Assembly: GCA_037130055.1 (NCBI GenBank)
Contig: JBAXTS010000003.1
Coordinates: 1-47,674, forward strand
DNA length: 47,674 nt
Reading direction: 5' to 3'
Source: a bacterium
GTDB taxonomy: Bacteria; Patescibacteriota; Minisyncoccia; Phycocordibacterales; UBA9973
A program made the translations under genes and the position numbers. Under the pieces are notes generated by a model, which saw only the letters and a list, made by a program, of their open reading frames with translations, did no database searches and was not told the origin of the DNA. Below, piece after piece: positions 24,673 through 34,451 of the stretch (its first letter is position 1; every line of letters starts with the position of its first letter).

Positions 24673-25071
24673 TTACATCATTTTGACGTCTATATCGACT
24701 CCTGAGGGAAGCGAAAGATTAGTAAGAGCCTCGACGGTCTTTGCGTTTGGATTTATGATATCAATCAGTCTTTTGTGAACTCTTATCTCGAATTGTTCTC
24801 TTGTATTCTTGTAAATAAAAGGAGAACGGTTGACTGTATATTTTTTAATTTCGGTTGGTAATGGCACAGGACCCACAATCATAGCATCGTACCTTACAGC
24901 GGTGTCCATTATCTGCTTTACTGAAGCATCTAATATCTTGCTTTCATAAGCCCGAACTCGAATACGAAGTATTACCTTCCCATCACTCTTCTCTTTCTTG
25001 ATGGAAGCTTTTGGGATTTTTATAGCTTTTACTGCTTTTGGGCTTTTAATTTTTGTTTCTGTTGTTGCCAT
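24673..25071 (-). CDS. rpsJ: 30S ribosomal protein S10 with Lys-rich N-terminal extension
   Basis: GPVPLPT, RSPF, REQFEIRVHKRLIDI. Confidence 0.98.
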   Translation of the reverse strand: MATTETKIKSPKAVKAIKIPKASIKKEKSDGKVILRIRVRAYESKILDASVKQIMDTAVRYDAMIVGPVPLPTEIKKYTVNRSPFIYKNTREQFEIRVHKRLIDIINPNAKTVEALTNLSLPSGVDIDVKMM

Positions 25072-25107
25072 GAATTTATTTTAAAGGACTATTCTTGAAA
25101 AGAACTA

Positions 25108-26301
25108 TTATCCAAGAATTTTTGTAACCACACCAGCACCGACTGTCTTACCTCCTTCACGAATAGCGAATCTCTGAGATTCTTCTAATGCAACTGGGGT
25201 AACTAATTTAACGGTAATCTTAACAGTATCTCCAGGCATAACCATCTCTGTTCCTTCTGCAAGTGTTACATCTCCTGTTACATCTGTAGTTCTAATATAG
25301 AACTGAGGCTTGTAACCTTTGAAGAATGGAGTATGACGGCCACCTTCTTCTTTCTTCAAAACGTATATTTCACAAGTGAAATTGTCGTGTGGGGTGGTTG
25401 TTCCTGGCTTGCAAAGAACCTGTCCACGAGTGATATCTTCTTTCTTAAGACCACGGAGAAGGATACCAGCGTTGTCACCAGCCATACCTTCTTGAAGGTT
25501 CTTGTTAAACATTTCAATTCCAGTAACTGTTGTCTTTTGAGTTGGTTTAATTCCAACGATTTCAACTTCTTCTCCAACCTTTACTAGCCCTCTTTCGATT
25601 TTACCAGTAACAACTGTTCCACGGCCTTCGATTGAGAAGATATCTTCAACTGGCATAAGGAATGGCTTCTTTACATCTCTCTCAGGTACTGGAATATAAG
25701 TATCAAGAGCGTTTACCAATTCAAGGATTTTCTTTGCCCATTCATCGTCAACTGATTTTGCTTCGAGACCTTTCAAGGCAGAACCACGAATAACTGGAGC
25801 GCCAGCACCATCAAAACCTTGCTTTGTAAGAAGTTCACGAATTTCTTCTTCAACCATGTCGATCATGTCTTTGTCGTCAACCATGTCGCACTTGTTTAAG
25901 AAAACAATCATCTTTGGAACACCAACTTGTTTTGCAAGCAAAACGTGTTCACGTGTTTGTGGCATAGCACCATCAGTAGCAGCAACGACAAGAATAGCAC
26001 CGTCCATTTGAGCGGCACCAGTAATCATGTTCTTTATGTAGTCGGCGTGTCCTGGAGCATCAATGTGTGCATAGTGACGAGCGTCAGTAGCGTACTCATT
26101 GTGAGAAATATTAATGGTTATTCCACGAGCTTTTTCCTCAGGAGCATTGTCGATTTGGTCAACACCTCGTAGTCTAACTGTCTTCCCTGCCATGTTTAAC
26201 ACATGCAAAATTGCAGCTGTTAAAGTAGTCTTTCCATGGTCAACGTGACCGATGGTACCTACGTTAATGTGCGGCTTATCTCTTTTAAATTCTTCTGCCA
26301 T
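25108..26301 (-). CDS. tuf: Elongation factor Tu
   Basis: [26 protein letters not shown]; start reset to ATG 26301. Confidence 0.99.
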   Translation of the reverse strand: MAEEFKRDKPHINVGTIGHVDHGKTTLTAAILHVLNMAGKTVRLRGVDQIDNAPEEKARGITINISHNEYATDARHYAHIDAPGHADYIKNMITGAAQMDGAILVVAATDGAMPQTREHVLLAKQVGVPKMIVFLNKCDMVDDKDMIDMVEEEIRELLTKQGFDGAGAPVIRGSALKGLEAKSVDDEWAKKILELVNALDTYIPVPERDVKKPFLMPVEDIFSIEGRGTVVTGKIERGLVKVGEEVEIVGIKPTQKTTVTGIEMFNKNLQEGMAGDNAGILLRGLKKEDITRGQVLCKPGTTTPHDNFTCEIYVLKKEEGGRHTPFFKGYKPQFYIRTTDVTGDVTLAEGTEMVMPGDTVKITVKLVTPVALEESQRFAIREGGKTVGAGVVTKILG

Positions 26302-26429
26302 AATATTTTTGATTAACAACCAAAACTCAGCATACAAGAACCAGTTGCTAAGGCTTAGTTACTAACTTAATTAATAACCTAATAATAAATTTCTAAAAAA
26401 GTTTACCCCGCCGAAGGCGTGGGCAATAT

Positions 26430-26485
26430 AAAAACTGCAAAAAGTGCAGTTGTTTAGATATTAGCAGATTTGAAACATTTGTCAA
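26430..26485 (-). promoter_or_regulatory. tuf-S10 promoter with a 5' hairpin
   Basis: TTGACA-16-(TGc)TAATAT, then AACTGCA-CTTTT-TGCAGTT-TTT. Confidence 0.75.
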
Positions 26486-26486
26486 A

Positions 26487-27179
26487 TTAAGAAATACCTT
26501 TATTTTTCCTTATTTCTTCGTAAAGTTTTTGAACTTCCAAAGCAGGATCCTCGGCCTGTGTGATTTGCCGTCCAATGACTAAATAATCTGCTCCGTCTAG
26601 AATCGCTTGGCTTGGTGTCCCTACCCTGTTCTGGTCATTAGAATCAACCCCAATAGAACGAACGCCAGGAACTACAATTTTTAAATCTGCAAACTCATCA
26701 TGCACTCGAAGCATTTTTATTTCTTGTGGAGAACAAACGATACCCGAAACTCCAGCTTCTTTGGCTAATTTAGCTAAAGTTAGAACAACCTCATTTAATT
26801 CCCTATTATAAATTTGCTGTATTTCTGAAGCAGAAAAAGAAGTAAGCGCTGTAACAGCAAAGATTTCTTTTCCAGAAGCAACTATTTCCTTCATCATCTT
26901 CACTCCACCAGAAGCATGAACAGAAATAATATCTGAAACAACACTCTCTGCTCGAAGTCTGCCAGTATTTGGAATATCGTATAATTTATAATCTACCCAA
27001 ACCTTTTCTGCGCCTGCTTCTTTTAACTTTTGCACAACGCTAGGTCCAAATTTATCATATAAATTATGGATTTTTATAGCATAAACCAAATTACCTACTT
27101 TTTTCACCAAAGCGATAGCTTCGTCTAAATTTTGTATTTCATCTAATGCAAGAATTATTTTTTTCTGTATTGTGCTCAT
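26487..27179 (-). CDS. pyrF: Orotidine-5'-phosphate decarboxylase
   Basis: ILALD, DYKLYDIPNT, VHASGG, PGVR, DQNR, VIGRQIT. Confidence 0.95.
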   Translation of the reverse strand: MSTIQKKIILALDEIQNLDEAIALVKKVGNLVYAIKIHNLYDKFGPSVVQKLKEAGAEKVWVDYKLYDIPNTGRLRAESVVSDIISVHASGGVKMMKEIVASGKEIFAVTALTSFSASEIQQIYNRELNEVVLTLAKLAKEAGVSGIVCSPQEIKMLRVHDEFADLKIVVPGVRSIGVDSNDQNRVGTPSQAILDGADYLVIGRQITQAEDPALEVQKLYEEIRKNKGIS

Positions 27180-27182
27180 AAT

Positions 27183-27851
27183 TTATTTTACCCCCTCCTC
27201 TCCTCCCCCTGCTGTAGGGGGAGGCTGGGTAGGGGTATAACTAGCTAAAAACTTTTTACCATGACCAAGTTTAATATTTACTGGAATACCTTTTTCACAC
27301 AAAGGGCAATCCTTTGCCTCGTAGGTTTTTATAAAAAGTTCTGCAAGAGTATCAAAAGGTACACCGAACATACTTTTATCTAAAACTTCATTCTTATTTA
27401 TCATTGCACAAGCACCAATAATATTCCCCCCGGTGTCTCGCACAGCTTTTATTGTTTTCGAGATAGATCCACCGGTTGTTATTATATCTTCTACTACGAG
27501 TACCCTCCTGCCTTTTACATAATTTTCATAACCACGAGTAAATACTTGCTCGCCTTCTGTGTTTTTTTCTGTATAAACTGCCAAAACTTCTCTGTCGTAT
27601 ATTTTACTCAAATGACTAGCTACCAATTGTGAAAGAATAATTCCACCCAATGCTGGTCCAACAACTACTTCAATATTCGCATCTTTATATTTTTCTGCAC
27701 AAAGCTCACAAATACGAGATGTTTCCATCGTATGAGGATATAAAAAATCTTTATTTATATAAGTATCAAAATGAAGACCGGAAGTTCCCACAAAATGATC
27801 ATTTGGAAGTATCGCACCAACTTTTGTTAAAATATCTATTGCTTCATTCAT
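27183..27851 (-). CDS. pyrE: Orotate phosphoribosyltransferase
   Basis: HFVGTSGLH, GPALGGI, PRPP motif VLVVEDIITTGGS; lies between pyrD-like and pyrF. Confidence 0.9.
   Translation of the reverse strand: MNEAIDILTKVGAILPNDHFVGTSGLHFDTYINKDFLYPHTMETSRICELCAEKYKDANIEVVVGPALGGIILSQLVASHLSKIYDREVLAVYTEKNTEGEQVFTRGYENYVKGRRVLVVEDIITTGGSISKTIKAVRDTGGNIIGACAMINKNEVLDKSMFGVPFDTLAELFIKTYEAKDCPLCEKGIPVNIKLGHGKKFLASYTPTQPPPTAGGGEEGVK
27189..27238 (-). repeat. GC-rich REP-like hairpin repeat, copy B, forming the pyrE C-terminus
   Basis: TACCCCTACCCAGCCTCCCCCTACAGCAGGGGGAGGAGAGGAGGGGG, near-identical to 14503..14550. Confidence 0.82.
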
Positions 27852-27855
27852 ATAA

Positions 27856-28929
27856 TTATTTTAACTTTTCCTTTATCTCCTTCGCAAGGTATGGATTCCA
27901 CATCGCTCCTGTGGCAGACATCACAATATCCGCACCAGCATTTCTGTATTCAAAGAAATCATCTGCCGTGGTCACGCCCCCGACACCGATAATTTGAAAT
28001 TTATAGTTAAATTCTTCTCGTAATTTTTTTAATCTTTTTACCATATCCAACCCTGCCCACTTGATAGCACTACCGCAAACTCCACTTCGCGATCTCCCCT
28101 CGCCTGGTAATGCTTGCTTACCATTTTCGTCCACAATCTCGGCGCCAATAGTATTGATAGCAGAAATACCCTGCACAATATTTCCTATTTCTTTTATAAA
28201 ATTTCTTAAAACACTTTCATCTTTAAAATATGCAACTTTTACAATTAATGGAATACCACCTATTTCATCCTTTATTGCTTTAGCTACTTTCACACTGCGT
28301 TCTGTATCATAACAAAGTAGATTATTTGTACCTTCATTGGGGCAACTTAAGTTTACTTCCATTACTTTGGCTCCAACATTTTTCAACATTTTTGCTATAA
28401 CTCGAAAATCATTTATGTAATCATCCACATTTTGACCTTCCCTCTTTGTTCCTTGAAATGAACCAACAACAATCTGTCCACCACGAATATTTTTTAAAAC
28501 ACTCCTCAAATCTTCCTGCCAAAATTCTGGACTAGGTGACGGAACTCCAAAAGAATTTGTAATCGAAAGTGGTTCTTGGTAATTTCTGTCAGCAATTAAT
28601 TTCTCCCGCGCTTTCTCCAAAGTTAAATCGCCATCCACTTTTACCGACAAAACATTGGGCCATGGATGACAAGGATATTTCTGACTTCGAACTGTTTTAT
28701 AAACACAAATATCAAAACCTTTATCGAGTGCTGCCTGCACAAAACTACCATTGATTAAAGGCCCAGCTGGTATCCCAAAAGGCGAATTTATTTTATGCCC
28801 AACAAAATCATATTTAGGCTCTAACTCATGAGCATTACCTATGGGATTATTGTCAGCAAAAGCCCCAAAAGGACCCTGCTCAAAGTTTTCTTCATAAGTT
28901 TTTTCCGGGTCGTAAAATGGAGTAAGCAT
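27856..28929 (-). CDS. pyrD: Dihydroorotate dehydrogenase-like flavoprotein
   Basis: PFGIPAGP, YKT, TNSFG, EVNLSCPN, AINT, SGVCG, IIGVGGV. Confidence 0.85.
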   Translation of the reverse strand: MLTPFYDPEKTYEENFEQGPFGAFADNNPIGNAHELEPKYDFVGHKINSPFGIPAGPLINGSFVQAALDKGFDICVYKTVRSQKYPCHPWPNVLSVKVDGDLTLEKAREKLIADRNYQEPLSITNSFGVPSPSPEFWQEDLRSVLKNIRGGQIVVGSFQGTKREGQNVDDYINDFRVIAKMLKNVGAKVMEVNLSCPNEGTNNLLCYDTERSVKVAKAIKDEIGGIPLIVKVAYFKDESVLRNFIKEIGNIVQGISAINTIGAEIVDENGKQALPGEGRSRSGVCGSAIKWAGLDMVKRLKKLREEFNYKFQIIGVGGVTTADDFFEYRNAGADIVMSATGAMWNPYLAKEIKEKLK

Positions 28930-28944
28930 TGCTTATATACTAAC

Positions 28945-28972
28945 AAAAAACTACTCGGTTGAGTAGTTTTTT
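28945..28972 (-). terminator. Terminator of fusA, overlapping the pyrD promoter region
   Basis: AAAAAACTACTC-AACC-GAGTAGTTTTTT. Confidence 0.8.
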
Positions 28973-28985
28973 GTTATCTTTATTA

Positions 28986-31136
28986 TTATTTTCTCGCAGC
29001 AATGATTGTTTCAGCTACGTTATTTGGCACTATGTCGTACCTAAAGAATTCCATTGTGAATGATGCGCGGCCTTCTGTCATAGAGCGCAGTCCGGTCATG
29101 TATCCGAACATTTCAGAAAGAGGAACGATAGCCTTGATAACTTTGTTCATGCCACGGTCTTCCATACCTTCTATTAGTCCACGCTTTGAAGACAAGTTTC
29201 CTGTTACGTCTCCCATGAATTTATCTGGAGTAACAACTTCAACTTTCATCATCGGTTCCAGAATAACTGGAGTTGCACGCTTACATGCATCTTGTACAGC
29301 CATCGAAGCAGCAATTTTGAAAGCCATTTCGTTGGAGTCCACTTCGTGATAACTACCATCCCAAAGTTCAACAGAAACATTTACAAGTTTAAATCCAGCC
29401 AGAACTCCACGGTCCAAACCTTCTTTGAATCCCTTTTCACAAGGAGCAATATATTCTTGAGGAATAACTCCACCCTTAATGGTGTTCACAAATTCATAAC
29501 CCATTGATCTCTTTGTGTTTTTTGGTAGGTCTTCGAGCTCTTCTTTGGTAAGCATTTCCATTGGCTTCACTTTTATCTTCACGTGACCATAGTTTCCACG
29601 TCCACCTGATTGCTTGATGTATTTACCTTCGGCTTCTGATGTGTTGGTAATAGTTTCTCGATAAGCAACCTGAGGCTTGCCAACGTTGGCTTCCACGGTA
29701 AACTCACGCTTCATACGATCAACAATAATTTCCAAATGGAGTTCTCCCATTCCTGCAATAATTGTCTCCCCTGTTTCTTGATCTGAGGTAACTTTAAAAG
29801 TAGGATCTTCCTGCGCAAGACGATTGAGTGCCATGCCCATTTTTTCTTGGTCAGCTTTTGTCTTTGGTTCAATGCGTAGAGAGATAACTGGTTCTGGGAA
29901 AACAATTCTGTCTAATTCAATAGGATTTGCTTCATCACAAATAGTATCTGAAGTAATAGTATCTTTGAGTCCGACTGCAGCTGCAATTTCTCCAGCAAAA
30001 ACTTGTTTCACTTCTTCTCGATCATTAGCATGCATTCGTAGAATTCGGCCAATTCGTTCTTTGTTGCGTGTGCGTGGATTATAAACATAACTTCCAGCAG
30101 TTAAAGTTCCAGAATAAACACGGAAGAAAATAATCTGTCCGACGAATGGGTCAGTTGCCACCTTGAAAGCAAGTGCTGCAAATGGCTCTTTGTCATCTGC
30201 ATGGCGCACCATAGGCTCTTCGGTATCTGGATTAGTTCCTGGAATCGGAGGAATGTCTGTAGGAGCAGGCAAATAATCAACGACAGCATCGAGCACAAGC
30301 TGAACACCTTTATTTTTTAATGCTGAGCCAGCATATACTGGAAAAATTTCGTTATTAATTACTGCCTTACGAAGCGTCTTCTTTAATACATCAATATTTG
30401 GGATCACGCCCTCCAAATATTCAGTCATCATGACTTCATCTGTTTCAACTATTTTTTCAACAAGTTCACTGTGATATTTATCAGCATCAGCTTTTAGCTC
30501 TGCGGGAATTTCTTTTTCTATAACTTTATTACCCATCTCTCCTTCAAAGTAATAAGCCTTCATTTTAAGTAAATCCACGACACCTTCGTGTTTCTCTTCG
30601 AGGCCGATAGGGATTTGCATGCGAACAGCCTTTTTTGTCAGTCTGTCTAAAATAGTTGCAAAAGAATGTTCAAAAGAAGCACCTGTTCGGTCTAGTTTGT
30701 TCACAAAACAAACACGAGGAACTTTTGCCTCATCGGCATATCTCCAGTTCGTCTCAGACTGAGGTTCTACTCCAGCCACACCGTCGAAAACGACAACAGC
30801 TCCATCGAGCACGCGAAGTGAACGCTTCACTTCTACAGTGAAATCAATGTGTCCTGGTGTATCAATAATATTAAAACGATGTTTCTTACTCTTGTCTTTT
30901 ATGTCAGCATAGGTCGGAGTCCAGAAACAAGTAACGGCGGCGGAAGTAATAGTAATACCTCGCTCCCTCTCCTGTTCCATCCAGTCAGTGGTAGTTTCTC
31001 CATCATGAACTTCTCCAATTTTATGTGATACTCCAGTATAAAAAAGCACACGCTCGGTCGTCGTCGTCTTCCCCGCATCGATGTGCGCAATAATTCCAAT
31101 ATTTCTAACTTTCTCTAACGGATAATCTCTTTCCAT
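28986..31136 (-). CDS. fusA: Elongation factor G
   Basis: [34 protein letters not shown]. Confidence 0.99.
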   Translation of the reverse strand: MERDYPLEKVRNIGIIAHIDAGKTTTTERVLFYTGVSHKIGEVHDGETTTDWMEQERERGITITSAAVTCFWTPTYADIKDKSKKHRFNIIDTPGHIDFTVEVKRSLRVLDGAVVVFDGVAGVEPQSETNWRYADEAKVPRVCFVNKLDRTGASFEHSFATILDRLTKKAVRMQIPIGLEEKHEGVVDLLKMKAYYFEGEMGNKVIEKEIPAELKADADKYHSELVEKIVETDEVMMTEYLEGVIPNIDVLKKTLRKAVINNEIFPVYAGSALKNKGVQLVLDAVVDYLPAPTDIPPIPGTNPDTEEPMVRHADDKEPFAALAFKVATDPFVGQIIFFRVYSGTLTAGSYVYNPRTRNKERIGRILRMHANDREEVKQVFAGEIAAAVGLKDTITSDTICDEANPIELDRIVFPEPVISLRIEPKTKADQEKMGMALNRLAQEDPTFKVTSDQETGETIIAGMGELHLEIIVDRMKREFTVEANVGKPQVAYRETITNTSEAEGKYIKQSGGRGNYGHVKIKVKPMEMLTKEELEDLPKNTKRSMGYEFVNTIKGGVIPQEYIAPCEKGFKEGLDRGVLAGFKLVNVSVELWDGSYHEVDSNEMAFKIAASMAVQDACKRATPVILEPMMKVEVVTPDKFMGDVTGNLSSKRGLIEGMEDRGMNKVIKAIVPLSEMFGYMTGLRSMTEGRASFTMEFFRYDIVPNNVAETIIAARK

Positions 31137-31322
31137 GATTGATTTTCTTGAGCAAAGCGATTAGAAAATCATCACCCCGTTAAATGCCCTTCGGGCAACT
31201 TTTGCTTTGCAAAAGTTATTTAACTGGGGTTAATAAATTATATTCACTCCGTTCATTAATTTATAAACAAAAAGCGCCAAACGCGCTTAAAACAATATAT
31301 AACAAAAAGCTATTTTTTGCAA
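31137..31322 (-). promoter_or_regulatory. fusA promoter and structured leader
   Basis: TTGCAA-17-TATATT; hairpin AAGCGC-GTTTG-GCGCTT plus T-run; branched palindrome ~31174..31230; hairpin next to the ATG. Confidence 0.6.
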
Positions 31323-31352
31323 ATAAAAAAAACTGTCAAAAAGATTTAATTA

Positions 31353-31664
31353 TTATTGATGCTTTGCCAAAGGAAGATAAAGATTATAAAACCCCTCGGC
31401 TACCTTTCCAGTCAATATTTTTGGATGAGTATTTTCGCGAACAACAATCAGCTGAAAAGTGACAGGCTCGTTGCCTTTTTGCTCCATATTTATTTGAATG
31501 TTATATGACTTACCTTCAACAGTAACAACACCATATATTTGTTTCTTTTTATTGTCTGTACTATATAAGTAGTCTTCAGCCACTAAATCTGCAGTTTCTG
31601 GCATTTTGGGTTGTTCAGGAAATAAATTGGCAAGTTTTATTTGTGGTGAATTTTCTTTTGGCAT
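31353..31664 (-). CDS. Hypothetical protein
   Basis: 103-aa ORF co-oriented with neighbours; no recognised motif. Confidence 0.6.
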   Translation of the reverse strand: MPKENSPQIKLANLFPEQPKMPETADLVAEDYLYSTDNKKKQIYGVVTVEGKSYNIQINMEQKGNEPVTFQLIVVRENTHPKILTGKVAEGFYNLYLPLAKHQ

Positions 31665-31758
31665 ATATAATATTATTCTAAATTATTAAAAAGCTTCAAA
31701 TTATTAATACCAAAAGTATACCCCCCCCCACGGCAAAGCGTCAAGTAAAGACACCAAA

Positions 31759-31790
31759 TTACATATATGCGCGATAGCGTAAATATGTAT
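31759..31790. repeat. 32-bp imperfect palindromic site, left copy
   Basis: TTACATATAT-GCGCGATAGCGT-AAATATGTAT; first 20 nt match 33276..33295 at 19/20. Confidence 0.75.
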
Positions 31791-31807
31791 AAATAATTCA
31801 AAAATTA

Positions 31808-32398
31808 TTATGGTTTTTCAATAAAAGTATACTTCTCTTGTTTATATTCATATTTCGTGATTTTGGGAATTTTGTAAGAAAAATCAGGCATACCTATGTC
31901 ATATTGAATTCCATTATTTTTTGGAATCAATAATACATAATTACAACAAAGTTCATCTGGGGAAAGATTTTCTTTATCTACAAAACTTACTTCGTGAACA
32001 TTTTGATCGTAGCTATCGAATGCAAGCATATTAGTAAAAATAGTCTGTCCATCACCCCTAATCACTACTAATATCGGCTGTCCAAACATAATTTCGTCTA
32101 GTAAATATGCAGTATATAAACCACCAATATATTCTCTATGAAAATATTTTCCATGATAAAGAACATCTACCTTAGTAATATTATCTTCTAACGGATCATC
32201 GCTATAATGATCACTCACTTTAATTTCATCAATATCAAAAACAAGGTCGTGAAATAATAACGTGGTAGAATCTGATTTCGATATTTGAAAGATTGATGAA
32301 ATGTTATTTATATTTTTAAAATTTTTGTAAATAAAAAATGTTAAACATATTTGGATGGATAATAAAAAAACAATAATTATAATTATCTTTTTACTCAT
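31808..32398 (-). CDS. Hypothetical membrane-anchored or exported protein
   Basis: N-terminal hydrophobic segment, acidic soluble domain; overlaps the upstream transglycosylase gene by 8 bp. Confidence 0.7.
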   Translation of the reverse strand: MSKKIIIIIVFLLSIQICLTFFIYKNFKNINNISSIFQISKSDSTTLLFHDLVFDIDEIKVSDHYSDDPLEDNITKVDVLYHGKYFHREYIGGLYTAYLLDEIMFGQPILVVIRGDGQTIFTNMLAFDSYDQNVHEVSFVDKENLSPDELCCNYVLLIPKNNGIQYDIGMPDFSYKIPKITKYEYKQEKYTFIEKP

Positions 32399-33230
32399 TT
32401 TTCTTCTTCCAATTACTCATAACACAAGCTATTAACTGTTTTACTTCTTCTCTTTTTTTAGGCTTAGGAATATTATTAAATGTAACTGGACCATTTAAAG
32501 GTATATAACTACGACCAGCATTCCATGCTGCTATCAGCTTTTCATATTGATCTTGTTTTCCTTTATACCTTTTCCAAACCCATGCCAAATAAATAATTCC
32601 CCCAATAATATTTTTATCAATATCAAACAGCTCATTGTCGCCAATACTAAAGTCTAATTTTTTTAGTTGTGCCCTTGCAATTCCGGTGAGTTGAAATATT
32701 CCCTTTGCCCCAGTTTTTGATACAGCTAATGGATTAAAACTTGATTCACAAAAAGCTAAAGCAACTACAAAATCAGGATCCAAATCGTGTATTTTTGCTT
32801 GTTCTCTAATTTTTGAAATTATAATTTGTTTTTGTTCATAACTTGCCTTTTCAAAAATTAATACGATTTTAAATATCGCAGTAACTGGTCGAAGATTGGT
32901 TCCCAACTCTTTAACTTTTATTTCAAAAACAAATTCCTGCAATTCATTTTTACTTAAATCTATGCTAATTTTTTGATTAATTCTCCCAATATCATCAAAC
33001 AATATATCTTTTTCAGTAACTTTTATATTAATATTTTCCTCAAATTTATCTAAAGTAAAATCAAATTGAAAAATTTCGCTATTCAAGTCTAATGCGCTAT
33101 TTAATTTTAGTGGTGGATTAAATGTAAAAACCTGATCACGAATTTTTATTTCTACATTAATATCATCACCGACAGAATCTCCTAAATAACTTATGTTCTT
33201 AAATTTAATTATTATTTTGTCATTTTTCAT
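32391..33230 (-). CDS. Lytic transglycosylase (SLT domain) with an N-terminal beta-rich domain
   Basis: CESSFNPLAVSKTGAKGIFQL (catalytic Glu and GxxQ) and AAWNAG motifs. Confidence 0.88.
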   Translation of the reverse strand: MKNDKIIIKFKNISYLGDSVGDDINVEIKIRDQVFTFNPPLKLNSALDLNSEIFQFDFTLDKFEENINIKVTEKDILFDDIGRINQKISIDLSKNELQEFVFEIKVKELGTNLRPVTAIFKIVLIFEKASYEQKQIIISKIREQAKIHDLDPDFVVALAFCESSFNPLAVSKTGAKGIFQLTGIARAQLKKLDFSIGDNELFDIDKNIIGGIIYLAWVWKRYKGKQDQYEKLIAAWNAGRSYIPLNGPVTFNNIPKPKKREEVKQLIACVMSNWKKKNE

Positions 33231-33275
33231 ACAAATACTATATCATGTCTTACAAAATCCATATATCCATACATT

Positions 33276-33307
33276 TTACATATATGCGTGATAGCTGATA
33301 TATATAA
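33276..33307. repeat. 32-bp imperfect palindromic site, right copy
   Basis: TTACATATAT-GCGTGATAGCTG-ATATATATAA. Confidence 0.75.
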
Positions 33308-33323
33308 CCAGAACAAGAAGCAA

Positions 33324-33584
33324 TTATTTATATAGGTCGTGGTCACCCACGAACAGCAAAGCAACTTCGTCTTTCTTTAAATACTTAAAAATAATTCTTG
33401 TATCGTAATTTACAGAGAAACTAAAACGATTAGCAAACTTTCCATGCAATTTGTGTACTTTTAGAATTCTATGATTATCTTTGTTTTTAAAAACATTTAT
33501 TTTTTCTAGAACTTCATCCTGTAAAGATAATTCTAAATTTTTTAATTGCTTTACGAAAACTGGAGCATAGATAAGAGTAATCAT
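33324..33584 (-). CDS. RelE/YafQ-superfamily type II toxin
   Basis: 86 aa; FVKQLK, LKVHKLHG, FSFSVNYDTRIIF, VGDHDLY. Confidence 0.85.
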   Translation of the reverse strand: MITLIYAPVFVKQLKNLELSLQDEVLEKINVFKNKDNHRILKVHKLHGKFANRFSFSVNYDTRIIFKYLKKDEVALLFVGDHDLYK

Positions 33585-33585
33585 T

Positions 33586-33807
33586 TTATTTAATTTTTTT
33601 CATAAGTTCGCGAAGATCCCCTTTTAGCCCTTTACCTAAACTTATTTCTCTTTCAGCTTTAAGTATGGTTTCCAAAACTTCATTTTCCTCATACTCGCGC
33701 AAAGCACGACGAACAACATCGGCTTTGTTTGCGCCTTTGCCATCTCTCACCATTCTCTCTATAAATTTTTCTAAGTCCCCCGATACGGGTATTGATAATG
33801 TAGTCAT
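33586..33807 (-). CDS. Ribbon-helix-helix (ParD/CopG-like) antitoxin
   Basis: MTTLSIPV..LEKFI..NKADVVRRALR; ends 1 bp before the toxin start. Confidence 0.85.
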   Translation of the reverse strand: MTTLSIPVSGDLEKFIERMVRDGKGANKADVVRRALREYEENEVLETILKAEREISLGKGLKGDLRELMKKIK

Positions 33808-33840
33808 GTTTTTATTCTATGTAAATTATATTATAATGTA

Positions 33841-33879
33841 ATATGATAATATCATATACTTTCCCACATTAAAAGTCAA
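33841..33879 (-). promoter_or_regulatory. TA promoter with a palindromic operator over the -10 box
   Basis: TTGACT-17-TATGAT; inverted repeat ATATGAT-AAT-ATCATAT at 33841..33857. Confidence 0.7.
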
Positions 33880-33888
33880 TGAAGAAAC

Positions 33889-33914
33889 AAAAAATCCCCT
33901 TTCGGGGATTTTTT
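33889..33914 (-). terminator. Terminator after rpsG
   Basis: AAAAAATCCCC-GAAA-GGGGATTTTTT. Confidence 0.85.
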
Positions 33915-33975
33915 AGAATTATTTATAGTGAGTTACCCTTCGACTGTACTCAGGGTAATTTTTGCTTTGCAAAAA

Positions 33976-34446
33976 TTACCAAGCAAAGTGAGCGAAGGCT
34001 TTGTTTGCTTCTGCCATCTTGTGTGTATCTTCTTTCTTCTTGATAGCGGAACCTTCGTTTTTTGAAGCAGCAATTAATTCATCAGCGAGTTTCAAATGCA
34101 TTGGACGGCCTTTGCTGTTACGAGCGGCATCACGAATCCATCGCATAGCAAGAGCAAGCTTTCTTTCTGGGCGAACTTCAATAGGAACCTGGTAGTTTGC
34201 ACCACCGATACGCTTGGAGCGAACTTCTGTTGAAGGACCAGCATTCTTTAAAGCTAAATCAAAAATTTCCAAAGGATTTGGATTACCTGTCTTTTCTTTA
34301 ACTGTATCTAGGGCAGCATACATGACCTTTCTAGCTGTCTCCTTCTTCCCAGACCACATAACATAGTTAATAAACTTCTCTAGTTTTGTAGAGTTGTAAA
34401 TGAAATCTGGTTCAACGATATTTCGATTTTTTATTTTTCTTCGCAT
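33976..34446 (-). CDS. rpsG: 30S ribosomal protein S7
   Basis: GKKETA, RIGGANYQVP, HKMAEANKAFAHF. Confidence 0.99.
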   Translation of the reverse strand: MRRKIKNRNIVEPDFIYNSTKLEKFINYVMWSGKKETARKVMYAALDTVKEKTGNPNPLEIFDLALKNAGPSTEVRSKRIGGANYQVPIEVRPERKLALAMRWIRDAARNSKGRPMHLKLADELIAASKNEGSAIKKKEDTHKMAEANKAFAHFAW

Positions 34447-34451
34447 GTTTT

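Noticed and set aside
31721-31729. C9 tract upstream of the 103-aa gene as a phase-variation switch
   Set aside because: It may lie in a promoter spacer, but a single short homopolymer without read-level length variation is insufficient evidence.
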